DNA of 64,000 nucleotides from Octopus sinensis (Eukaryota). The notes under the pieces are model-generated. The model made no database searches. It was given only the letters and a program-made list of their open reading frames with translations, and was not told the DNA's origin. Shown here piece by piece: positions 25,225 through 35,646 of the stretch. Location of the stretch: contig NC_042998.1 of assembly GCF_006345805.1 (NCBI RefSeq), positions 99,324,001 through 99,388,000 on the forward strand, given 5' to 3'. Positions within the stretch are counted from its first letter, which is position 1, and the number at the start of each line of letters is the position of its first letter. The translations under genes and the position numbers were made by a program.

Positions 25225-26014
25225 TACAATACAGCAGAAAATGCAAGAATGAATCGACTTTTCTATGATAAAATTCAACTTCGCTTATTTTTTTAAAATT
25301 TCAAAATCATTTCAGTGAAATTTCATATTAATTTTAAATATAAATTAAAGATAAATTTTGAATGATTTTATTAATCAACCCAAAATAATATCAATACTGC
25401 CTATACGTATGGAAGTAAACGTATGGATGGCTATCGGTTTAAAAAATACTGCTTCAAGAATCTGAGGCTTATATTAGAGTTGTTTTTATTTTAATTATCC
25501 ATTTTTACGTTTTACTTATTTCTTGACTATTAGTTTTCTTTTATTTATTCATTTTTGTTTGTTTTGTGCCGTTCGTTTTTTTAATGGAAAGCTATAGGTA
25601 AAAAAAAGAGGCTTTTAAGATATTGCGCTGTTGACTAATGAATACCATATAGATATTATTTTCTACCGGCGATCTTTTAAGTTTAAAATATTACTTTCAC
25701 TTCAGTCAATCAGCAAGTAGTATTGTTTTATTTGATAGCTGGCGAGGAATTTTGTTTTATTACAGAAATCACTTCCAAAATACAAGAATCATCAAGATTG
25801 TTATAGCCATAAAAATACTGCCTTAATTTCTTTAATATTATTGTTATTGCTTCCATTGATATCATTCTTGAATTGAATAACTTACATTATTTTACTTCAA
25901 ATGTAGTCTCTCACCGTCTTGTCTTAATCAACAATACTGGGAGAACAAAAAATTCTAATTACTCTCTACCCCCTGACGCACACTCTCCTCTCCCTCTCTC
26001 TCTCTCTCTCTCTC

Positions 26015-26069
<55 letters not shown>

Positions 26070-26289
26070 TGTTTGATAAAGTTGGTGTACACTCTCCTAA
26101 TAGCTGTTTTCATAGCTGCGTATTTAACCTGAAATAATCGAAGAAGACACACCACAGCACCTGAATATGTATTTGCTATGTAAAAATTATCCCAAACGTT
26201 GAGTTTCTGACTATGACATTCTGTACATGTCATACTTCAGTTTCATCTGAGTGTTTCCATTAATTGTATTGCATGAACACCTTTCCTAT

Positions 26290-26625
26290 TAAAAAGTAAA
26301 AATCCCCTTCAGTCATGAATGACTATGGGATTGTACCTACAAAGTTCCCCTCTAAGGCAAGGTTGTTTTTTGTGGAAAGTCAACAATTGCCCATGAATAC
26401 CAGCCTCCCTTCTCCATGCCACTGATGTTATCCAAGGGAAAGACAAAGGCCGAAACAGCTTGGCACCAGTGACATTGCAACTCATTGCTATAGCTGAGTG
26501 AACTGGAGTAACATGAAATAAAGTGTCTTGCTCAAGAACTCAACACACAGCCCAGTCTGGAATTGAACTTACTATCTCGTGATTGTGAGCCCAATGCTCT
26601 AACCACTGAGCCATGTGCCTTCACC
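26290..26625 (-). mobile_element. tRNA-derived SINE
   Basis: Minus-strand head TGGCTCAGTGGTTAGAGC...AGTTCAATTCC (A/B boxes) followed by SINE body. Confidence 0.7.
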
Positions 26626-27309
26626 TTTTCTATTAATGTAACATAAATTATTCTCCAATTCATATAGAAGCCTTCCTTGCTACAACACTTACTCAAGTGC
26701 CATGCAGTAAGTGTGTGCCTGAAACGTGATTGAGAAGCAAGCTTCTCGACTACCCAGCCATGTATGCACTTAACCACAATACACACGCGCACACACACAC
26801 ATATACACATGTTACTCACTCTTATTCAAACTTGGTACACCAGTCCTTTTAACCAACAGCAGTTGAAATGATCATTATGCCCTGTTTTAAATTAAAGAAT
26901 ATAGAACTCTAGACATGTATCATGTATTGAGTATTAAATTTGAAAGTAGCCCACTTCAGTTGAAGAAATGCCAAGCTTCATGTACATGCAGCATCAACCA
27001 GACAAGTGGCATTGATGTTGACATGACAATTAAGATTGGAAAAGTGTTAGTTGTATTCCCTTGCTGAATGACATCTGAAAGCCAAGGCTCACCTGCAGGA
27101 ACACTGAGACTTGCATCTTCAATTTATAGAATTAACACTGGTTATAGGAACATAAACCTTCCATGAAACGATAGCTTAAACTGTGCTCTAAATGGAAGTG
27201 TAGTCAAATCCTATTTTATGGACTCAACCATGTTCTAAAATAAGTTGAAAGGTAAGCTACTATAAATCGGCACAAACTTTCCGGCCAACCCAATATATAT
27301 ATATAAAGT

Positions 27310-28170
27310 TGGAATTAAGAAGCATTAGATGTGGTGTGCAAGAGAGACAACTGCGCTGGTATGATCATGTGGTGAGAATGGATGAGGATAGCTGAGTGAA
27401 AAAGTGCCACACCCTAGCGGCTGAGGGAACCTGTGGAAGAGGAAGACCTGGGATGAAGTGGTGAAGCATGACCTTCGAACATTAGGCCTCACCAAGGAAA
27501 TGACTAGTGACCGAGGCTTGTGGAAATATGCTGTGCTTGAGAAGACCCGGCAAGCCAGATGAAACCATAACCCGTGGCCTATGCCAGGAGCATAACCAGC
27601 CCGCTTATGCATAGCTTTTCCTTCTTTGGTCACTAAACTTTGCTTGCGAAGACCTGTTGAGGCAAGTGAAATCAAAATCAAAATCATTTCAATGACTGGC
27701 ATCCATGCTAGTTGGGTGCAAAGAGCACCATACGAGTGTGATCGTTGACAGAGCGGCTATTCGAGTATGATCGTTACCAGCGTCGCCTTACTGGCACTTA
27801 TGCCTGTGCTAGTAGGGTGCCAAGAACACCATCCGAGCGTGATTGTTGCCAAAGCAGCCAACTGGCTTTCTTACCTGTAACACGTAAAAGGGCACCATTC
27901 GAGCGTGATCGTTACCAACATCGCCTCACTGGCACCTGTAAAAAGATTCGAGCGAGGTCATTGCCAGTATCACCTGACTGGCCCCCATGCCGGTGGCATG
28001 TAAAAAGCACCCACTACATTGGTTGGCGTTAGGAAGGGCATCCAGCAGTAGAAACTCTACCAGATCAAGACTGGAACCTGGTGCAGCCATCTGGTTGCCA
28101 GCCCTCAGTCAAAATCGTCCAACCCATGCTAGCATGGAAAACGGACGCTAAATGAGGATGATGATGATAT
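27310..28170 (+). mobile_element. 5'-truncated RTE LINE (end of ORF plus 3'UTR)
   Basis: Degenerate LRWYDHVVRMDED...TWDEVVKHDLRTLGL, then the tandem-unit 3'UTR and (GAT)n tail; closely similar to 30870-31650. Confidence 0.9.
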
Positions 28171-28564
28171 ATATATCATTATTATTGTTGAGTGAGAAGC
28201 ATTATGTGCCATCAAAGCTGGGGTAGAATATATGACTGATAAGGGTACACCAGGTACATGCATCATAACCATATGTGCATGACATAGTGACCTCATATCA
28301 AGATGAACAGTGCATGATCTTCCAGGTAGTCGAGTAACCCATCCTACTCTAAAGGATCCTGAATGAAGGTTGTTTAAGGATGATGAATGAAATGCCCATG
28401 TTTCCAGGAGGGAATTATTCAAACCTCGAAGAATCCCTCTCAATACATAGCTATGATGTTTCCCCACTACTCCTGCTCATGATCAGAGATGCACATATTA
28501 TCAGCCACTAAGGAACATTGCTCAGCTGGTAAAGGTCAAGTAACTGACAAGCAAATCTCTTGCT

Positions 28565-28885
28565 GGTTTGGCCTGTCAGATATTTGGCCCGGATACTTTC
28601 CTGTTCAATTATTGCAAAGGAACCAACTATCACTAGTTTTGTACAGATCTTAAAATGTCACATTTTTTCTTAGTTTCAATTATTAGGTCTTTATACTCAC
28701 TGACTTTTTGGAACTCTTTTCAGATGGTATGCTCATGCATGTTTCCTTTTTACAATCCTTCACAATTATGTCAGGCCTATTAGCCTTGATCTTCCTATTA
28801 ATCTTCATATGAAAATCCCAAAGAATTGTCACATTTTCTTCTTCTGTTGCTGCATCTTGGTGATGTTTGTACCATTTTTCCTGTC
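28565..28885 (-). mobile_element. Dong/R4-type non-LTR fragment (restriction-like endonuclease)
   Basis: WYKHHQ...VTILWDFHMKINRKIKANRPDIIVKD..MSIPSE = REL domain, degenerate. Confidence 0.75.
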
Positions 28886-29092
28886 TAGCAGAATCGTTAG
28901 TATGCCAAAAAAAAAAAATGTGTAGTGGTATTTTGTTCACTGCTACATTCAGAGTTCAAATTTTACTGAGGTTGACTTTGCCTTTCATCCTTTTGGGGTT
29001 GGTAAATTAAGTACTAGTCAAACACTGGAGGTTGTTGTAATTGACTATCCCCTTCCCCCAAAATTTCAGGCCTTGTGCCTATAGTAAAAAGG

Positions 29093-29124
<32 letters not shown>

Positions 29125-29146
29125 CATTATTATTATTACTATTATT
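28882..29146 (+). mobile_element. tRNA-derived SINE with (ATT)n tail, copy A
   Basis: GCAGAATCGTTAG...GAGTTCAAATT...CCTTGTGCCTATAGTAAAAAGG(ATT)n. Confidence 0.85.
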
Positions 29147-29641
29147 GTTGCCTTTGCACAGCTTCTAACACTGGAGATGTAATACTGTGTCAGCTGTTCA
29201 CCAGCAGTGAACTAAGGTAACACCCCTTTTTCTCGAGCACCTTCTGGAGTATTCAAGTGGTTCCAAGCAGTGCTGTTTTCTGCAAGTGCTCCACCCTTAT
29301 TGCAACCCCTATTTGTTCCATGCACTTCTCAATATTTTTACTCACTGTTTCCAGGGCTCTTACCTTTTTCATTGACCACAACTGCTTAAACTCCTAAGCT
29401 AACCTGTCATATCTGTCGACTTTTCTTTCTTCTTTATTGCATACCTTGTTGTCGCTGGGTATGCTATATCTATGATCCAGCATTGTTTGCTTTCTTTCTC
29501 AATTAAGACTATGTATGGCTTCCTATTCTCTATCTCATGGTTGCACTGAATCATAAAATCCCACAGAGTTTTTGCATTATTGTTTTCAATGATATCTTTG
29601 GGTTTGTGGTCATACCAACTTTTTGCTCTGTCAAGTGTTAC

Positions 29642-29642
<1 letters not shown>
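29147..29642 (-). mobile_element. Dong/R4-type 3' fragment inserted in (TAA)n
   Basis: WYDHKPKDIIEN..LWDFMIQ..RKPYIVLIEK..CWIIDIAYP; (AAT)n on both sides. Confidence 0.75.
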
Positions 29643-29684
<42 letters not shown>

Positions 29685-29688
<4 letters not shown>

Positions 29689-29898
29689 TTGCAAGCTGAC
29701 AGAATCGTTAGTATGCTGGGCAAAATATTTAGCAGAATTTTGTTCGTCATTACTGTCTGAGCTCAAATTCCACTGAGGTTGACTTTGCCATTCATCCTTT
29801 TAAGGTCAATAAATTAAGTACAAGTTGATCACTGGAGTTAATGTAATTTACTAGTTCCCTACCCCAAAATTTCAGGTCTTGTGCTTTTAGTAGAAAGG

Positions 29899-29946
<48 letters not shown>

Positions 29947-30176
29947 TATTATTATTAAGGCAGTGAGCTGGCAGAATTGTTAGCATGCCAGGTGAAATGC
30001 TGAGCAGTGTTTTGTCTGCCATTAGGTTTTGCATTTGAATTCCGTCAAGGTCAATTTTGCCTTTCATCCCATAGGAGGTCAATAAAATTAGTACCAGTTA
30101 TGTACTGGAGTCGATGTAATTGACTTAATTCCGTCCCCCAAATTTTGAGGTTTTGTGCTTCCAGTAGAAAGGATTG
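29685..30176 (+). mobile_element. two head-to-tail SINE copies (B 29685-29956, C 29957-30176)
   Basis: Same family as copy A; each preceded by (ATT)n. Confidence 0.85.
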
Positions 30177-31650
30177 AGCTCCTCTATGCTGATGACCTTG
30201 CTCTAATTGTTGAGTCACTATCAGAACTGGAGAAGTTTCAGGTGTGGAAGCAAGGATTAGAATTGAAGGGCCTTAGAGTCAATCTAGCTAAAACCAAAGT
30301 CCTAATAAGTAGGAAGGTAGATAAATCACAAACGCCTTCAGGAAGATGGCCCTGCTCGATCTGTAGAAAAGGTGTAGGTAGAAATTCTATAAGATGCACC
30401 AAGTGTAAGCTATGGACACGTAAGAGGTGCAGCAATGTCAAAGGAAGGCTAACTAGGAAGATAGTTTTTGTCTGTGGCAGATGCTCAGGAGCAATAAACA
30501 CTGAAAATGCTCTGAGACCAACTTCTGCCACATTCCAGGGAGAAAAACTAGAAATAGTTGATAGCTTCCGTTACCTAGGTGACCAAGTTGGGTGTGCTGA
30601 AAGTGTAACTGCTAGAGTAAGAATAGCTTGGGAAAAGTTCAGAGAGCTCTTACCTCTGCTGGTGACAAAAGGCCTCTCGCTCAGAGTAAAAGGCAGACTG
30701 TATGACGCGTGTGTACGAACAGCCATGCTACATGGCAGTGAAACATGGGCTGTGACTGCTGAGGATGTGCATAAGCTTGCAAGAAATGAAGCCAGTATGC
30801 TACGATGGATGTGTAATGTCAGTGTTCATACTCGACAGAGTGTAAGTACCTCGAGAGAAAAGCTGGAGCTAAGAAGCATCAGTTGTGGTGTGCAAGAGAG
30901 ACGTTTGCGCTGGTATGGTCATGTGGCGAGAATGGATGAAGATAGTTGTGTGAAAAAGTGCCAAACCCTAACGGTTGAGGGAACCCGTGGAAGAGGCAGA
31001 TCCAGGAAAACCTGGGGCGAGGTGGTGAAGCACGACCTTCGAACTTTTGGTCTCACTGAGGAAATGACTAGAGACCGAGACCTTTGGAAGTATGCTGTGC
31101 GTGAGAAGACCCGGCAGGACAAGTGAGACCATAACCCGTGGCCTCTACATGGGATGTAGCCAGTCCACTTATGCATACCTTTCCTTCTTGGGACACAAAA
31201 CTCTACTTGTGAAGACCTGTTGAGGCAAGTGAAAATCAAAATCAAAATTGATCAACATCAATGGAAATTGCAGCTGTGATACCAGTGCCGGTGGTATCTA
31301 AGAGAACCATCCGAACGTTGCCGTTGCCAGCGCCATCCCGACTGGCCTCGTGCTGGTGGCACGTAAAAAGCACCATCTGAATGTGGCTGTTACCAGCCTT
31401 GCCTGGCACGTAAAAAGCACCATCCGATCGTGGCCATTTGCCAGCCTCGTCTGGTACCTGTGCCGGTGGCACGTAAAAATCACCCACTACACTCACGGAG
31501 TGGTTGGCGTTAGGAAGGACATCCAGCCGTAGAAACATTGCCAGATCAGACTGGGCCTGGTGCAGCCTTCTGGCTTCCCAGACCCCAGTTGAACCGTCCA
31601 AACCATGCTAGCATGGAAAGCGGATGCTAAATGAAGATGATGATGATGTT
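30173..31650 (+). mobile_element. young 5'-truncated RTE LINE (RT C-terminal half, stop-free, plus 3'UTR)
   Basis: ELLYADDL...VNLAKTKVL...FRYLGD...LRWYGHVARMD...TREKTRQDK* (ends 31126); tandem-unit 3'UTR and (GAT)n tail. Confidence 0.93.
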
Positions 31651-31665
31651 GTTGTTGTTGTTATT

Positions 31666-31876
31666 AAGGCAATGAGCTGGCAGAATCGTTAGTATGCCAG
31701 GTGAAATGCTTAGCAGTATTTCATCTTTTGCTACATTCTGAGTTCAAATTCCACTGAGGTTGATAAATTAAGTACCAGTCAAGTGCTGAGTTCGATGTGA
31801 TCAATTGTCCCCTCCCCACAAAAATCCAAGCCTTGTGCCTATAGTAGCAAGGATTATTATTATTATTATTATTATT
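31666..31876 (+). mobile_element. SINE copy D
   Basis: AAGGCAATGAGCTGGCAGAATCGTTAG...GTGCCTATAGTAGCAAGG(ATT)n. Confidence 0.85.
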
Positions 31877-33230
31877 CCTTCGTAACACAGTGTAGGTAAA
31901 AATGCACCAGAGTCTTTAGTCATCTGTCAAGTCACAACTAGGACCTTAGACAGATAATACTTTCCTTAAGATGTGCGCTGTACCCAATAAGGTTGCTTTT
32001 TGCAAGACATCAATCTTGCATAGGATTTTCAGTTGCCTTAGGAAGTTTTGAAGTTTCAATGGGATTGAGCCCAATGCTCCAATCACCACTGGTATCACTT
32101 TTACATTACCCTCTCACATTCCATACAGTCATGCCATTTCCACTTTCAATTCGGAGTACTTGGTAGTTTTTTCGACCTCTTTACTCACAACATTCATATC
32201 ATTTGGTATGGCTACATCAATATGACAATATCTGGCTGCTGGTGTTCAATTACATGATCCATCTGAAAATCATAGTCCTAGAGTATCATTACTTTTCCAT
32301 CTTCCTGCATAACTTTACTTGGTACATGCTCATACCAGTTCTCTGTTACTTCATATTGGTATTTATGGCATAAGAGCCAATGAAGATACACACTTTATTG
32401 TGGCAGCGCTTGTATTTTTTTGTGCAAGGCTCTCACATCAACTTACCAAGTGGGTCACATTTTCCACACTCTTTCCACAGAGTCTGCATTTCTGGGTGTC
32501 AGAAGTTTTATAGATGTTATACTTCATTGAATTGGTAGCGAGAGCCTGGTCTTGTGCAGCAATGATCAGCCTTTCGGTGGTACGCTTCAAATCACCTCAC
32601 TCAAGCCATGCCCATGATGCTGTATTATCCTTAACATCTTTTGTATTCGTTTCAAATTGTCCATGCATTCTCATTTCAAGGACTTCTTTTCTCTTCTCCT
32701 CAGCTCTTTGGTTAAACTCTTCCTTGCTCATCATTTCATCTGCATTTACACCCATATCTTTTGCGGCATATTACAGCAGGTCTTCATCACTATTTATCAA
32801 ATACTCGGCAAGTGTTCTCCTTTCACTCCTTATACAATTGTCTATACTAAACTGTCACCATTCTTCCTTTTCATATACAGTCTGTCTATGTTTGCTTTAG
32901 AGTGTAGCACCCCATTCAGCGTCATCAACTTTCTTGTCCTTCTATCCAGTGTTGATATTTCCTCCTTAGTCCATTTGAGGATGGACACACTATATCTGAC
33001 CACTGCAACTGCCCAGATATTCATTGTGGTGATCAAATTTTTGGTATTCAGGTTGGATTTCAACACCATCTTCACCCTTTTTTGATACGTCTCGCTGACC
33101 TTGACTTTCATTTCTCTGTGTAGAATTTCATCCAACTCCAAAATCCCTAAATATCTACTGTTGGGTTCACCCATGGTCTCTCCTGATGATAACTGCAATC
33201 TTCTGCAGGCTGCTTTCTTCCATCTTTTCA
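31877..33230 (-). mobile_element. Dong/R4-type non-LTR retrotransposon, 5'-truncated and degenerate
   Basis: YLGILE..RYSVSILKWTKEEISTLDRRTRKLM..LH, then CRLCGKSVENVTHLVS*C (CCHC), then QPDIV..IDVAIP..KEVEK..KY (REL); (AAT)n on both sides. Confidence 0.85.
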
Positions 33231-33315
33231 TATTATTATTATTATTATTATCATTTTTATTATTTTAATGGAATTATGGGAGTATAATATAGTATTTTAA
33301 TAACCATTTTATATT

Positions 33316-34940
33316 CCCGTAATAACCAATTTACTGATTGGTTTACTTCTCAAACGCGGTGGGTACTTTCTTCTAAGCCAACTTTCTCTATTCTTCCAAT
33401 TCTGTCTTGACAATGGTGTTACTCCAGAACAGTGGAAAACTGCCAGTGTCATCCCTCTGTTCAAAAAAGGCGACCGCACATCGCCTGTCAACTATCGCCC
33501 CGTCAGTCTTACTAGCTGCATCGCCAAACTGATGGAATCCTGTATCAGAGAAACCCTCTGGAACTTCTGGAAGTCTCACAGCCTCATCCAGCCGTCACAA
33601 TTCGGATTTATTCCTAACTCCAGCTGCTGTAATCAACTCATCGAGTTTCTTGAGGACGTTACCCAAATCACTGATCGCGGATTCTGGGTGGATGTTGTTT
33701 ACCTGGACTTTGCTAAGGCTTTTAACTCTGTGCCACACAAAAGACTTATGGTGAAGCTTTCTGCGTTGGGTGTAAGAGACAAACTCTATAACTGGTTGAA
33801 GTCCTTTATTTTCAGCCGAAAAGAGGTTGTCACAGTTCTAGGACAGCACTCTTCGCCCTATGAGATGACATCTGGTGTACCACAGGGATCTGTTCTTGGC
33901 CCCCTTTTATTTGTTGCATATGTTAATGACATAGATGCCAACTTAAAGAATGCCACAGTGCTGAAATATGCAGATGACATCAAGCTGTACCTCGAAATAA
34001 AGAGGTCAAATCCTGTACACTATAGATCTCTATTGCAAGCAGACCTGGACACAATGCAGCAGTGGATCATGGACTGGCAACTCAAGCTGGCTGTGGACAA
34101 ATGTACCACCATGCATTTTGGGAGGTGAAACCCAGCGTCCACCTACTCCCTCCACAACACTAGTCTCAAAAAGTCTTCATGTGAACGTGACCTGGGTGTT
34201 ATTGTCGACAGTGATTTGCGTTGGACAAAACACATCACTAAAATTGTCAAGAAGGCTGAGGGTGTCTTGGCATCACTCACCAAATCCTTGGTGAGCCGCT
34301 CTCCGGCTATCTATTTGCGGCTTTATATAGCTATGGTAAGACCTCACCTGGAATTTGCATCACCGGTCTGGAACCCCTATCTTACCCAGGATATCAATCG
34401 TCTGGAAGCTGTTCAGCGACGTGCAACCAAAAGAATACCCTCCATCAGGCATTTGCCATATCCTGAACGCCTTACTTCCTTGGGCATGGACACTTTGAAA
34501 CTCCGACGTCTGGCAGCTGACTTGGCAGACACCCATAAAATTATCAACCATCGTACAAACAATAACTCTGAGCACCTTTTCAAACTCCACCCATCTAACA
34601 CCCGTGGACATATTTACAAAGTAAGAAAACAGCACAGCTCCCATGACTTCAGGAAACATTTTTTCACGCTGAGAGTTGCTGAAGCATGGAACAAACTGCC
34701 AGCATCAGTTGTTAGTTGTCGGAGCACTGCATCCTTCAAAACTTCCATGCTTCCTGAGATTCGCCAACACTACACTTGATTTTCTCCCCTCCATACACAC
34801 ACAAGCATGTATCTGACTCATACATTGTTCGCTTTCCAGACATTTCTACATTACTGCATGTACTTTATATGCACTTTCTGACAAGTTGTGGTGCACCTGA
34901 GCACTGTATACAATAATTTCATTATATATTATTATATTAT
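33316..34940 (+). mobile_element. CR1-clade LINE, 5'-truncated; RT frame intact but for one stop
   Basis: WKTASVIPLFKKGDR..NYRPVSLTS..YLDFAKAF..GVPQGSVLGPLLF..YADD..VRPHLEFASPVWNP..QRRATK; one frame from 33349 to 34779 with a single TGA at 34126-34128; ATT-rich tail. Confidence 0.95.
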
Positions 34941-35339
34941 ATCAGAAGTCAAGAAAAACCTCAGTAAGCAACAGAAAAGCCAAAAAGAATAGAATGACAT
35001 GAGCGCTTTGCTACTGGAAGTGTTAAAGTATCACATCTGGAGCCCATACCATACTATTCCTTTTGGCCTTTTCTGATGATTGCCAGAGTTTTTCTCAGTT
35101 CCTAGTATGAAACCAGTTGGTAAATTGGTTGTTATGAGAATATAATATTGTATTTATTAATAATGATATACCCACTCTATTAACCTATGCATGAGTGCCT
35201 GTATATTCTGACTCATTGATTTTAAAACAACTCCAATTTATCTTCAAATTATTTCTGAGAAATAAAATGTAATAAAATTCAAATTCTAAGAGATGTTAGT
35301 ACTTTCGTGGTTCCATAGTAATTTTGAATATGCCATTTG

Positions 35340-35592
35340 TTTATCGTTCTGCGATACTGTGATACTGCGAATGTGTACTACGCGTACCTGTTAGTGAGAG
35401 TGAGACAGAGTGAGAGAGAGCAAGAGATATAGCAAGAAAGCGAATGCTCGATAGAGAGAGAGAGATAGACAGAGAAAGTGAGAGAGAGAGCGCGAGAGTG
35501 AGCGCGAGAGCGAGAGAAGAGTCGTCTATCAACACCAGTTTCTCACACCGGACTATTACAATTTTAATCAAAATAGTTGACAATTTGTTAAA
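35340..35592 (+). promoter_or_regulatory. probable APPL promoter/5'UTR: CpG-retaining, (GA)n-rich
   Basis: Directly upstream of the ATG; many CpGs and GAGAG runs against a CpG-depleted background. Confidence 0.5.
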
Positions 35593-35646
35593 ATGCCTGG
35601 AATTGCAAAGTTACACTTGGAGGACTCATTAGAGGGCGGTCCACAG
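35593..35646 (+). CDS. APPL1: APPL exon 1
   Basis: MPGIAKLHLEDSLEGGPQ (cf. human MPGIDKLPIEETLEDSPQ); donor GTAGGA; in-frame, phase 0 with exon 2. Confidence 0.9.

Noticed and set aside
30155-31126. 323-aa ORF as a host gene or SINE-RT fusion protein
   Set aside because: Starts at a GTG inside a SINE tail; it is a 5'-truncated RTE RT with no ATG or promoter evidence
31300-31490. Regularly spaced repeats resembling a CRISPR array (also 27750-28010, 42240-42440, 55620-55830)
   Set aside because: Spacers are related to each other, the context is a eukaryotic LINE 3'UTR, and there are no cas genes
33532-34779. Two separate ORFs (198 and 187 aa)
   Set aside because: Same frame of one CR1 RT split by a single nonsense codon; the second start is TTG
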